In this document: piece after piece, positions 12,531-24,777 of the stretch
Position numbering within the stretch: the stretch's first letter is position 1
Layout of the letters: every line of letters begins with the position of its first letter
Assembly (NCBI GenBank): GCA_965153285.1
Contig: OZ229114.1
Length of the DNA stretch: 64,000 bases
Source: Podarcis tiliguerta
Lineage: Eukaryota
Direction: 5' to 3' (one strand)
The notes under the pieces: model-generated
What the model was told of the DNA's origin: nothing
Database searches by the model: none
Seen by the model: only the letters and a program-made list of their open reading frames with translations
Translations under genes and position numbers: made by a program

Positions 12531-13139
12531 AAGTAATCGTCAGCTATCCAAAGCCTTTGAGCGCACATATTACAACCCATTATTCCCCATTGTTGAAACA
12601 CCTGGGAAGACTGTGAACAAAAGCTTAGAGATGGTTTTCTCTTGACACCACATCGTTTCTCAGAATGCTATCACCCCCAGCACAGCCCCTTCTGTGGCTC
12701 TAAGGAACAGGCAAAATTTCTTCTAGATGTGATTCTCAGGTTAATACAACGATTTTCACTGCCCAGTTCCAGCCTCTGCCTGCTAGCCCCTGTTTCTATT
12801 GATGACAAGAGTCGGGCCAAATAAGGTAACAGAGTGAAAGTATGTCAGGATTGCTCATCCCGGAAACCACAACGGTCCAGTGACAAAATGCATTGTCTTT
12901 CAGGAAGTATGCAGCTTCCACAACTGAAAAATGTATCATCTGGATAAGACCCAAGATACAAATAATGAATGACACCAGAATTCATCAGAATGCACCATCG
13001 TAAGACACAATTCCAGCATTTTGCTCTTTTGAGCAAGAGCCAACCTCCAGAGATGGGGAACTGGTGGCCTCTCAGATGCTGTTGAACTGCAGCTCCCATC
13101 ATTCCTGACCATTGGCCACACTGTGATAGTGCTGCATCT

Positions 13140-13340
13140 AGGAACACCCCCAGACTCCGCACCAGTTCCTTCAGGAAGAGTGTGGCCCCATTCAAGAGAG
13201 GCAATTTCATGACCTCCCAGACCTGCGACCCTCTCACCCACGGAGATGCCACCTCACCAGGATACAGGCTCAGTTTATTAGTTCCCATCCAGCCCACCGC
13301 TGTGTCTAGACACTCGTCTGGGGCCTGCACAGCCATTTCT
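13140..13340 (-). mobile_element. L2 LINE RT fragment
   Basis: Minus-strand remnant ECLDTAVGWMGTNKLSLYP...VRSLGVFLD, typical of L2 RT. Confidence 0.75.
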
Positions 13341-14166
13341 GATTTAGAGGAAAAGAGGGGGGGGGGGGAGTTCCAAAATTTCCTGATCTTAGAACTTGTA
13401 TCCGGTCACATCACCAAACTTCCTTTCCATATCTTCTTTGTAACTAGACAAAGCCATCGCAAAATACCGGAAAATGTATTGAAATAGCAGATTCTCCTCC
13501 TCCAGACATACATTGAACCAACCACCTGTTGTGAGACATGAGCCGACAGTATAACATTGTATATGACCTTGTGTGGGAAAACATCCAAAGGCCGGGATAG
13601 ATTTATATATAGCCGACGGATGTCTCCATCTGGCAACTGAAATGGTTTCCTCTCACGCCTACACTTGAGGCCTTTTCAGACACGGCGCATTTCCAACATG
13701 GAAAGCCCTTTCAACTTAGAAAATGTGCAAAAGCCACACGGAGAGCATCACAACCGCCGCATGCGTACGTGAGGGAACGCGTGCGTACCTTTTATTTATT
13801 TAGAGAATTTATATACCGCCTCCCACTTCTGTGACAAATTATCAAAGCAATGAATTCCAATTAGTAGAACTAAATTGGAAGAGCAAGGAGGGGCAGGGAA
13901 ATACAAAATCAATCCCAGAACAGAAAATATGGTAAACACAGAAGCAAGTTCATTACAGAACACAGGGCATGTTCCCCCCCACAATTCAGTGCTATTTCCT
14001 AGAGCAGCACTTAATTTCTCCCCATAGAAGTGAAGGATGGCCATTCTCTATCACCCTCAAAGACACCACTGTCTGGTGGTCCCAGTTTTTAGAGTGGCAC
14101 AAGAGCCCTCTCTTTCCTACTGAACTGGAAACTGTTGCCCTCCAGATATTGCTAGATGATAGTTCC

Positions 14167-14728
14167 CGCCATGAACTGGCAGCACAACAGAGAGGAGGAA
14201 GAGGATGCCAGCAGGTTGTGTAGTCAGGACTGGGACACACTGGGGTAAGCTGTTCATGGGGAAGGAGAGGTTCATGTAGGAAGTACTCACAGGGTGACAG
14301 ATGATGACAGGGGATGGGGGTCAGTGCACAGGAGCCAGAGCAGCAGGACCCATCACCAGAGCCAGAGGGGCCTGTCTCCATTAACACAGTGGACTCTGAG
14401 GCATAGGGAGCAGCAGCACCCTAGGGGACTGAGGCAAGCCAGGGCCCACAGCCCAGCTCCCTAGCTGGCCAGGTGGGGCGTGCTAGCTCTGGGTTGTGAT
14501 TCCTCAGCTGGAGTAGGCTTGGAGCAGGTGAGGGCCACATGCCTCGTCAAGCCCAGATGCTGCAATCAGCATTCAAAGTATAAAAGGGCAACAGGGCTGA
14601 GGTTCTGCGTCTGTTCAACTGCTCCAGGATCTCTGTGGGACTGTGCTTCCTTTGGACACGTGGATTGACTCTGGACTGGGGACTTGACATACTGACTTGC
14701 CGTCAGGTCAGGCCAAAGGTTCGGGACA
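14167..14728 (+). mobile_element. Solo LTR (Gypsy-like) inserted into a hAT MITE
   Basis: Colinear with the reverse complement of 59464-60030; ends ...gggaCA; TSD gttcc/gctcc; TATAAAA at 14579; the flanks rejoin into the ccctccagat...ctcccatcatcc MITE consensus. Confidence 0.75.
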
Positions 14729-16828
14729 GCTCCCATCATCCTTGACCTTGGTCCATGGTGGCTCATGGGAGTTGGAGTCCAGTGTTTACGGCCAGTTTTC
14801 TCAGAGGAGACGTTAAGCTATCCAGTCTGTAGTTTTCCAGATCCCCTCTCAAATCCCTTTTCAAAAACTGATGTCCACTTTCTAGTCATCAGATGCAGAA
14901 GCCAATTTTAGGGAGAAGTCGTGCGGTTTGCTTGGAAGGTTGAGAATTTCGCTTTTGAGTTTTTTAAGAACTCTTGGGTAGACACCACTTGGACCCAGTG
15001 ATTTGTTCATTTTTAGTTTGTGAGTAAGGTCTAGATATTTGGTCTCTTTTCACTGTTTCCAACCAGTTCAACAATGCTTACATGTGCCACCAGGTAAGAT
15101 TAAGTCCAGTGTTAGACTCATAGAACTGTAGAGCTGGAAGAGACAATGAGGGTTATCTAGCCCAGGGCTGCCTCCCTTCTGATTGGTTCCATGACCAATT
15201 GTTCCAGGGCACAGTACTTAGGAGTGCATATAAATGTTACCAGAGGTAACCAGAACAGGCATGTAGCCAGTTTATGTGAGAGTTACATAAATCACTCATT
15301 ACTATGACATTTCCCCCTTTGGCTGCCTTCTCGATTTCAGTCTTCAACCCAAGAATGCCCTGGGCATTTCTGATTAGGGAGTGTGTGCGCACCGGCATGT
15401 GCAAGGAAACTTGTCATAAAACAATTAGGAACAGCTCAAACCATGTGTCACACGTCACCAAGTATTTGGCCTCAACAAACAATTGCACCTTCAGGGTTGA
15501 GTCTGCGCTAGTTTCATGACACTGGGTACTGGCATCTCTTTAAAAAGTGGCTTCTCTGTTGTAGTTGTGGATGGGTTGAAGGAAGAAGCTGAGTCCTTAC
15601 AGTTGAGGTTAACTGATTCTGATCTCCCCACAAGGAATCTGCCCTGCAGTCCTCAGGTGTCAGCCACTCCGGGCGCATTAAGAAGGGAGTGTCTCAAATG
15701 CTCCGTCAGGGTAACTTAGATGTCAACGCAGCTAACTGCCCTGTTCATCATGCCGTGAAGATAAACAAAGATCAGCAGCCAATATGATTCACAGCTCATC
15801 ACATGCATGAACAAGCAAAATGTCATCAAAATAATTCTGGTTTGCAGCACCAACACAACCGCAGCATGTAACATGCATTACATCATCAGAGGAAACGAAA
15901 GTCAGGTTGGTGCTGCAGTTCTTGAGGAAGGGGCTTTGGTCAGCAATAGAGTACATGCTTTGCACACAGACTTCTGCATTTCATCCCTCAGCTTCTCGGG
16001 TAAAAATATATCAGGTAGTAGGACCAGAAATATCTACCTGGTGCCTTGGAGGCTTAGATCTACTCTGCCATTTGGAATAGCTCAGTGGGATGAACCAATA
16101 GGTAGCTTTATATTGTTATGGATTTCCAATTGGATTTCTTTTAAGTCCTGAGGCACCCCTGGCCAACCAACTTGAAAAAACATTGTGTGTATCATTCGTT
16201 GGAGTTTGGTAAATATACTGCAGCTGTGTGCAGAAAGTAGTCTGGTAAGACTGCTACCTGAATGAATAAAAGGAAGTTAACTTCTATTAACTCCTGCAAA
16301 CGTCATCCTGGGCACAAGCTCATGTGTGTCCACTATGGAGTCATGAGGTTAAGGGAACACTAGGACAAGCTAAGAAAGACTGACTAGAGAAGGAGGAGGA
16401 AGTATAAGCCTGAAAAGAAGTAATGTACATGCCAACAAGTAGCTACCAAAGAAGGAACCAACAGGAGGAAAAACAGGTTGCCTGTCTATAGACCCATCCT
16501 AGTTCAGGTAAACAACTACAAACTTTGTTGCTTTTACTCCCAACACCCCAGCGTTTCATCAATGGGATGAGATGACCCAAAGCAAACCACAATCTCTGCC
16601 AAGACAGAAATCTTGGTTTGTTTCCTTTCAGAATGAGCGGGGAGGAATGAAGTAGGTGCGCTTCACTCATGCACGCTAAGCGATAGTTTATGGCTTAATA
16701 TGATGTGCGGACACAGCCTATGTGTGGATTGTGTGCACACGCGCTAAATTTCTCCTTCAGAACTTGGCACGCTTATTCTCTGCACACCAGTGGCTGCATT
16801 GTGCCTCTTCGTAGAATCATAGTTGGAG

Positions 16829-17122
16829 TGTTGGAGTGAATATCAAGGAGTTAACACGCTGTGCTAAGTGGAAATGCTGACTCAGTATCGTGTGATGGGT
16901 CGGCCTCAGGAGACACGGGGTGTTGCCTAACTGGTTTATAGCCAGCTAGTATAAAAAGGTATGGTTGACTTCTCCCCTGTATGTAATCCCACCTGTGTAT
17001 GCTGATTCCTGGATGTAAGAAGACTGCTTTATGATAATGCAAGACAGCAACTGGAATAAAGCCCTGCTTAAAATGCAGCTTGACTCCCGAGTGCTTCATA
17101 TGGGCTGCCGTACATTTCAACA
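16829..17122 (+). mobile_element. Solo LTR-like element
   Basis: TGTTG...CAACA termini; TATAAAA at 16950; AATAAA at 17055; interrupts the CR1-type tail of a SINE; TSD unclear. Confidence 0.65.
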
Positions 17123-17228
17123 GACGGGACCACAAGAGTCATCTCTAAACCCACCCCCCCCATCTTTCACCCAACATGGGACTGGAACCCACAACCCTGA
17201 GATTAAGAGTCCCATGTCCTATCGACCC
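17123..17228 (-). mobile_element. SINE with a tRNA-Lys-like head and CR1-derived tail (the tail continues at about 16811-16828)
   Basis: Minus strand reads gggactcttaatctcagggttgtgggttcc, which is tRNA-Lys(CTT)-like. Confidence 0.65.
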
Positions 17229-18575
17229 TCTCCCATGAGCCCATGTTCTGAGAACCCTTAAACCCTCAGCAAACACAGAAGGGGCACCATGTTGAACATA
17301 CCTCAGAAGGAAGAGAGCACAATGGAGCACAATGAACACAATATGGAGACCACGTTTTTTGGAGATCCAGTAAGCTAAGATGGTAAGAGACACAAACACA
17401 CATCCCTTTCCACATTTGTCAGCTAAGGTGGGTGCTTACCTATGGTAACTGAGACTTTCAAAGCAAAGGAGCCAAACATTAGCAGCACAGAGTTGTAAAT
17501 ATAAAGAGTTGGGTTGTTGTTGCTGCGGCTGCTGCTGCAGGCACAGCTCTGCACTAAGAGGTATTGCAATGAAAAATTCATTAAGCTTTCTACATTGGCT
17601 TTTATATCTCATCAGCCAAGGACCTCTTTACATGCTCTGGACATCTCTGAAATGTACTGGGGAGCCCTGAGATTTCACGAGACCTTGCCAGGAGCTGCCG
17701 CAGCAGCTTCTCCTTCTGTGGCAGTGGCAGGGCTCCTATACGGGTGCAGCCCCATGGGATTTCACTTTATGGGTGGACCAACCCCGTCTGGAAGTAAATC
17801 CCGTTGAACTCCAAGGGGCTTACTTCTGAGTAGACATGTATAGGATTACATGGCACATCCCATTGATTTTGATGAATAAGTCAACATGAAAGACATATCA
17901 GTAATTGATTCTAGCTGAACAACGCTCCAGGTCCTACTGCACATTTAATTGAAGCATTGCCTCTTCTGCCCCTGTTTTACACTGACACTGTTTAATAATT
18001 TCTTGTTTGCTTTATTCCGAATTTGATTGCTTCTATTTTCAAATGGTGAGCCACCTCGAGTAAAAGGTGAAATATAAATTACTATAACAAATACATTTCC
18101 AGTTTCACTAAATATTACAAATAATAGCAAGGCTAGCTCTTCAAGTCATTAGTTTTGTGTGTGTTTGTTTAAACTGTAGGTGAATGGCTGTAAAAATTAA
18201 CGTGTTTGCATGAGTTAGGTCAAAACATTGAACAGAAACAAACCATCTTGTTCCCTTGCTACCATTAATACCCATTTGTTTGCTTTCAGTTGCTAATAGG
18301 CTTACAAAATGAAAAGAATAATGAAAAATATGGGATGCTTCCGTGGCTGTGTGGTCCAGTGACGTTCTATAATAAACTTCACCCCCTCCTAGAATGTATA
18401 TCTAGAATCTCCAACTATCCTTCTAATTCCACAATTATTTCCTTATGAATACAATCCTATACACGCTTACCCTGGTGAATGTGACTTATTTTGAGTGAAG
18501 CTGACCTTCTATGTGTCTACTCATGAATGGGGTGCAACATAGATGTCACAGAAAGTCTTTTTGGCCGATACTTAC

Positions 18576-18838
18576 TCATGACGAGGTTGATGTTCTCTGG
18601 CATCATCATAATCCTTCACATCATCGGTCACAATGGTGGCAGCCGGGTGGAGGACTTCTTCACTGATGTGTTCCTCCCCCCAATATTCCTCTGGCCAAGA
18701 AGATGGCTGTGGGTCTGTTAGCATCTTGCGGTCCTGGGGCCACTGCTTGTGATCTGGATGCCCAGGGTATCTTGAATGCAGGTCTGACTCCGCCAGCACT
18801 AGGGTGCCACAGAGGAAGAAGACCTTAGCTATCATCAT
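18576..18838 (-). CDS. MMRN2: Multimerin-2 coding exon 1 (signal peptide and acidic N-terminus)
   Basis: ATG ATG ATA start; hydrophobic MMIAKVFFLCGTLVLA signal peptide; strong donor GA|gtaagt; 263 nt, phase 2, in frame with exon 2 (GA+G = E, then NWC). Confidence 0.85.
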
Positions 18839-18839
18839 G

Positions 18840-19260
18840 GGCTCCTTCCTTGGTGCTCTTACACTTCCCTGCACTTCAAATCAAATTGCTCCTGCAATCC
18901 CCTTTGCACCATTCCTTAAGCTCAAGCTTGGAAAAAGGAATGGCACGTAACAAAGAACGGAAGCAACGCTATCGGCCCTCCCAGCTACAGTGGAAATGTT
19001 AAAGGTCATCAGACAATGTGGGTTCCTGTGGGGGGCCCTGAAGACCTCAGTCGGGGAGGTGGTGTGTGAGTTTGTGTGTAGGAGAGAGGCAGGGGGTGGT
19101 TGTGGTTGATTTAAGGGCGGGGGGACGGGGACTTCGGTGTGTTTTCCTTACTAGCTTCTGAAACTATCAACAGACAAGAACTGGATCTTTTATCAGCTGC
19201 CTTCTTGCTGGGGAGCAGGAAAAGGATGTTAGCTTTCATGAGGAGGCAAGGAAAAGAAAA
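18840..19260 (-). promoter_or_regulatory. Putative MMRN2 5' UTR and proximal promoter
   Basis: Non-repetitive; GC box gggcgggg at about 19114; several GGAA ETS cores and SOX-like ACAAAG/ACAATG. The TSS cannot be determined from sequence. Confidence 0.45.
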
Positions 19261-21332
19261 TATTTAGTGATGGAGCAGTTTTCCCAAGCTGCATGCCACA
19301 CACTAAGCAGCCCGATGCAGCCACAGAACAGGCTGGAAATTGCTGTGACATAAAAGCAGGGCTGCATTTACTTTGCACTCAACCATATTAACATCCTGTG
19401 CCCAGGATGTCCAAATTCTGCACCAAGAAAACAGGACCCGAGATCCTGAAGCCTGTATACATAATACGGTTTTGCATAATGCTTTCTGTTTTTGCTATTC
19501 ATGGGAAGGAGCAAGGAGCTATGCAGGGCATTGAAATCCCACAGCAGATAGTCAAAATCATCCAGCTGCTATTGCTTACATATTTTTGGCTATATCTTTG
19601 TAGTCATGAGGTCTAGTAACTTGCTTTTTTTTTTAGAAGCGAAGGCTGACATTTTCAGAAAACTGAATTCTGTGGCCATTGCCATATTCTCTGCTCCTTT
19701 TCTGAACTCCAGTGGGGACACACAGCCTTGTTTAAAGACTAGTACAAGCTGGTTACAGCAAATACCACAATTTATTTCTTTATCTCCTTACCTTATATAT
19801 CCTACATTTCTTTCATCATGCAACCCAAGGCAACCTACATGTAGTTCTCAGGCTGTCTCCCATCCAGGGTGGCTGACCAGACCCACACCTGCTTAGCTTT
19901 AGCAAGATGGTGGCCTCATTATGGCTTGAATGCTTCAAGATTTTGATGCCAAATACAGACCAATATGGCGCCCTGAGAGAGGACAAAATTTGGCATCCGC
20001 CCCCTAACTTTGAGCAAGTAACCATATAAATGTAGGTTTTATTATTTTTACTAATAATTTGTTCTCCTTCAACTAGGGGCCCTGTATGGGGGAACCACCC
20101 ACACTGCCCTACATCTGGCGCTGATCGCAGGACCATCTTACAACCTTCAGTATTTCAAAGATGAAAACTCTTGCACATTTAAAACATGCCATTCTCACAG
20201 GAAAGATTATTCCCTGAGCTGCCCATCCATACTATCACATTGACAAAACTCTCTTCGTCCTGCTGCACTGTTCATTTACTCTAAAGTAGTCTGGCTCACA
20301 CTGATATAGAAGCTAGAAAGATTGGGGATTTGAAGTTGTTAGGATAAAATTGCCACCCCCCAGTTTCACAAGACATTTGGGACAAATGAATCTCTCCAGG
20401 AATAATCCACCATCTTCTGTTTATTGCAAGCTATACTTTACATCCCTCAATTTGCATTGCGTTGTCAACTATTATACAGTTCTCTGTACGGATGCTGCTG
20501 CTTTCTCGTGCTTGATATTTTGCTTCATCTCATTTACCACCCTATGTCTGCCTAAGTTCCTTCTGTTCAATAAAAATAAATAAATAAAATTTTAAAAATT
20601 GCCACCATCCTAGTGTAGATGCCATTACATAGTTTGGCCACTAGGCAGCGCTGGACTTAGTTGTATCTGGTTAGACACAGGAGTTTTCTGTTGCTCTTCT
20701 GTCTGTAGAGAGAGACTTCAAGGTTCTTATCTAGCTTCCTAAATAGTGTTTCCTTCCGTGACAACTGTTCAACACTAACCTGATCAGCTGTTCTTTGGGA
20801 AATGATGCACTGTGTGCATTATGTCATGTCTTAGTGGCCACCCTGAGCCCGCATTTTTTAACACACTTAGAAACTGAAATGCATCCTCCTCCTTCCAGGA
20901 TTTCTGGAGCCCTGCCTGGGAGAGGGAGTGGATACCAGGAACAGGAAGTGGATACCAGGAACAGGGCAACTCCAACTGACATGTTGCATGCTCCCCACTC
21001 CAGGGTTCAGTTCCTTGGAATGAAGGTCCATGGAGCCTATGTTGTCTTTTGGGTGTATGGTTTTATTTTAACCTGAGTGCAGGATGGATGAGCTCCCGGC
21101 ATTAAGACTCCAACAGATCTCGCTTCCGCATTAGGTTTCCAGTGAAGACTTCACCGCCACCAAAGCCATAGCTTTGGGATTCAGTCCACAGACAAAGTCA
21201 AGGCTGCCTGTGTCTCCAGCTTCCAGCCCAGTCACAACTCTCTCTCAGACACTACCATCCCTGGTTCATTGCTCTCCAACCTAGGATTCAACCATCTAGT
21301 CCAGCATCCTGTTCTCACAGTGGCCAACCAGA

Positions 21333-21604
21333 CAGTGACATAGGAAGGGGGGTGCGGGCCGCCCCAGGTGTCATCACTGGGGAGGGGGGGGGTGACAAAA
21401 TGGCAAAAATATGTGTTTTTAAAATAAGAAATTATTATCGTGGGGGGGGGGAAAGGTTTTAAGTGCTTGTGTTCACAAGTAAATAAACCATAAAATAACA
21501 CTTGCAACTGTATCTTTCCTTATTTTAATAATTTCAATGTGGTGGGGGGGGGAGTGACAAGAAATTTTCTGCACCGGGTACCAGCTGACCTTGCTACGCC
21601 ACTG
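21333..21604. mobile_element. hAT MITE inserted into a CR1-tail SINE
   Basis: TIRs cagtgacatag / ctacgccactg; 8-bp TSD caaccaga/cagccaga. Confidence 0.75.
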
Positions 21605-22246
21605 CAGCCAGATGCTCAGGGGAAGCCCACAAGCTAAATCTGAGCACAACAGCATTCTTCCCACTTGTGCATCTCAGCAGTTAGTCTGCAGAGGTGAACT
21701 TCCTTTGATAGTGGAGGTATGGCATCATGGCTAGTACTCCCCCCCCCCCATTTAAATTTTGCTTGCTTTTTGTTTATAGAGTTTCCCACCAGAAGATTGC
21801 AGGGCAGGTTACAACGACATAAAAAAATACAATTTTGAACATTAGTTCAATAACCTTAGGAAAGTCTTTCTCTCAGCCTCAGTCTCCTCTGTCTGTGAAA
21901 TGGGTGCGGGGAATGATACCGATTTGCCATGCAGGGCTGATGATGTAAGGATTATAACAAGCTAAAGCATGGCAAGTTCTTTATACACAAAGGATGTTAT
22001 TACATCGCTGTTGCTAATAAGGTCAGGGAGAAAAAGATGTAAAAACGCCCCCCCAAAAAGCCCTACCAGCCAGAATCTTTTTAGGACATATTTTTGATGG
22101 CAATTCCTCAGGGTCACAATTTCTCTGCATATAGTTTGAATAATTTAAAGGAGTTTTATGCTCACAGAACTGGAACAAGGATTCGGCTGTTCTCGGTGAA
22201 TATATAGGAATGTTGTGTGGATTTACCACCTATACACCCAAATTAG

Positions 22247-22397
22247 NNNNNNNNNNNNNNNNNNNNNNNNNNNNNNNNNNNNNNNNNNNNNNNNNNNNNN
22301 NNNNNNNNNNNNNNNNNNNNNNNNNNNNNNNNNNNNNNNNNNNNNNNNNNNNNNNNNNNNNNNNNNNNNNNNNNNNNNNNNNNNNNNNNNNNNNNNN
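22247..22397. other. Assembly gap (N run of 151 bp)
   Basis: Direct reading. Confidence 0.99.
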
Positions 22398-22514
22398 CAC
22401 TTTAAGCATATTTAAATCACCTGACTTCCTCCAAAGAATCCTGAGGGAATACCCCTCACAGAGCCCCCCAATTCCCAGCACCCTTAAGAAACTACTGGAC
22501 TCTTTGAAGGAGGG

Positions 22515-22858
22515 CATACCCTCTAACATTTCTCTGATGAAAATAGGTTCATCCCATTCCATAATGAAAATTTTACTATTTATACCCCACAAATCTTACT
22601 GGGTTGCCCTAGTCACTTGGGGCAGCTTCCAACATATAAAAAAACATAATAAAACATTAAGCATTAAATAAACTTCTCTATACACGATTGTCTTCAGAAG
22701 GCTCAGGGGGTTGGATAACTCCATACCCTCCAACATTTCTCCAATGAAAACGGGGACATCTTAAGGAAAGCGGGACATTCCAGAATCAAATCAGAAACCA
22801 GGATGGCTTCTCTAAATCAGGGACGTCCCTGGAAAATAGGGACACTTGGAGGGTCTGG
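22515..22858. mobile_element. Composite MITE-like repeat with cataccctccaa / ttggagggtctg ends
   Basis: Homologous, in reverse orientation, to 34603-34934 and about 44475-44825. Confidence 0.6.
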
Positions 22859-24131
22859 TAATGTACTTTAAATGTATGCTGTAGATAATTTGAACTCAAA
22901 TAGTCTCAGGTAGCAGGGCTGGGGAAGATTGCTGGCTGAGATCTTGCTCAACAGCACACCACTTGCTGCATGTAGTCTAATGGTTGAAAGAATGAGCTTT
23001 AAAGTCATTGGTCCAAATTTCACCTCAGGATATGGCATGTCTGGGTACCCTTAAACAGCACGTTTTCACAGCTCTGACCCCACACCTGCTACAACAATTT
23101 ACTAAATTGTTGTAAAGATAGTTCAAGGAAGTCTATGTGACGATCCCTAGCACTTAGGGAAACTCCTGTATAAACAATAGGTATTACTGTTTTAACTTTC
23201 CAGCTTGTATGCCCTGTAAAGTGCAATCTAGACTTTTAAAGAAAGGGATCCATCAAAGAAAGGGGTCACAAAACACCATCCACTGGGTGAGCAGAATGCA
23301 GGACTGGCTTCAGAATTCAGCTTTCTAAGAATCTGGGTATCCATTGCTTAATATTAATTTAAGTTTCTAGTCCTTTTAGTGTGGAAATGAGCTTGAAAGT
23401 GTGTAGAGAAATCTCAGAAGCTGTAAGCATATAACATTTCCCAGCAGCTATGATGCATCACAAAGCAAACAGCAAAAATAAAATAAAATAAAAATTATCC
23501 AAAGAAAGAGAATTATGCAGATGTGCTCAATAGGCATATTTCTTACTGTTCACAGAATCCTGCTTTCTTGGGGCAGAATTTGGACTGCCTAGGTGCATAA
23601 TTTCAATATTCTTCAGAGCAGAACATGTTTGCTTCCCCCTCCTTAAGTAGCATGGTTTCATTACCACTGATTTAGATGGCCAAACAGAGTCCAAGACTTC
23701 AACTCAACAACTGTGCTAAGTGCAGCAGGTCAGTTCTCTTTAAAAAACTCTTGGCTCTCTTATGTACCAAGCAAATGACAGGAATATGCAAGCATGAAGA
23801 CCTGTAATTAGCCTTTATCGCAAATCCAATGGAAGTTGCATTAGCAAGAATCCTCCTTCACCCATCTCCAAAAATCAATTGAGCCCCAGTGGCAGTCATC
23901 AGCGCATGGATAAAAATTCTCTGCAAAGCTTCCAGGAACTCAGGCACAGGAGGGAAGATGTCTGTGAGGAATGCCATTTTGTTGTCTGCAGATCTGGATC
24001 CATTTCAGACCAAGGATGGTCCAGGGCAGATGGTCAGTGCCAGCCAGCATGGCCAGTGAAGGACTGGAGTTGAAGACTAATAATCATCTGGAGGACCACA
24101 TAGTCTCCACCTTTGGTGAAGGGTATGAGCT

Positions 24132-24484
24132 GGATGCGGGTGGCGCTGTGGTCTAAACCACAGAGCCTAGGACTTGCCGATCAGAAGGTTGGCGGTTCGA
24201 ATCCCTGCGATGGAGTGAGCTCCTGTTGTTCAGTCCCTGCTCCTGCCAACCTAGCAGTTCGAAAGCACAAAGTGCAAGTAGATAAATAGGTACTCCAGTG
24301 GGAAGGTAAATGGTGTTTCCGTGCACTGCTCCGGTTCGCCAGAAGCGGCTTAGTCAACCTGGCCACATGACTTGGAAGCTGTCTGCGGACAAACACCGAC
24401 TCCCTCGGCCACTAAAGCGAGATGAGCACCGCAACCCCAGAGTCGTCCGCGACTGGACTTAACGATCAGGGGTCCCATTACCTT
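24132..24484 (+). mobile_element. Sauria SINE
   Basis: ggatgcgggtggcgctgtgg head; flanking tatgagctgga/tatgacctgga duplication. Confidence 0.85.
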
Positions 24485-24592
24485 ATGACCTGGACTAGGT
24501 ACATAGCTCATTGGTAGAGCAATAGATTGCATGCAGAAAATCCCAACTTCTGTCTACAGAATCGCCATATAAAATAATCTCAGGCTTGGTCC

Positions 24593-24777
24593 TAGGGTTT
24601 CCAACTTGAATAAAATGGGGGGGGGCAGGTAAGCCCTACCCCACATAATTGATCACATGATGTGGTGCACACACACCATTTGAGTGGCAATGCCCATCAA
24701 CTTGGAGGTGGCGGCCCCCACAAATATTTTATTGGGGGGGGTGAAGACTCCTCAGCCCCTAGGAGTTGGCTCCTATG
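24593..24777. mobile_element. hAT MITE
   Basis: Perfect 8-bp TSD cttggtcc; same family as 55097-55287. Confidence 0.85.

Noticed and set aside
9707-22671. Longer ORFs containing X runs (9707-10072, 9800-10087, 9858-10364, 22210-22671, 22230-22592)
   Set aside because: Artefacts of translating through N gaps
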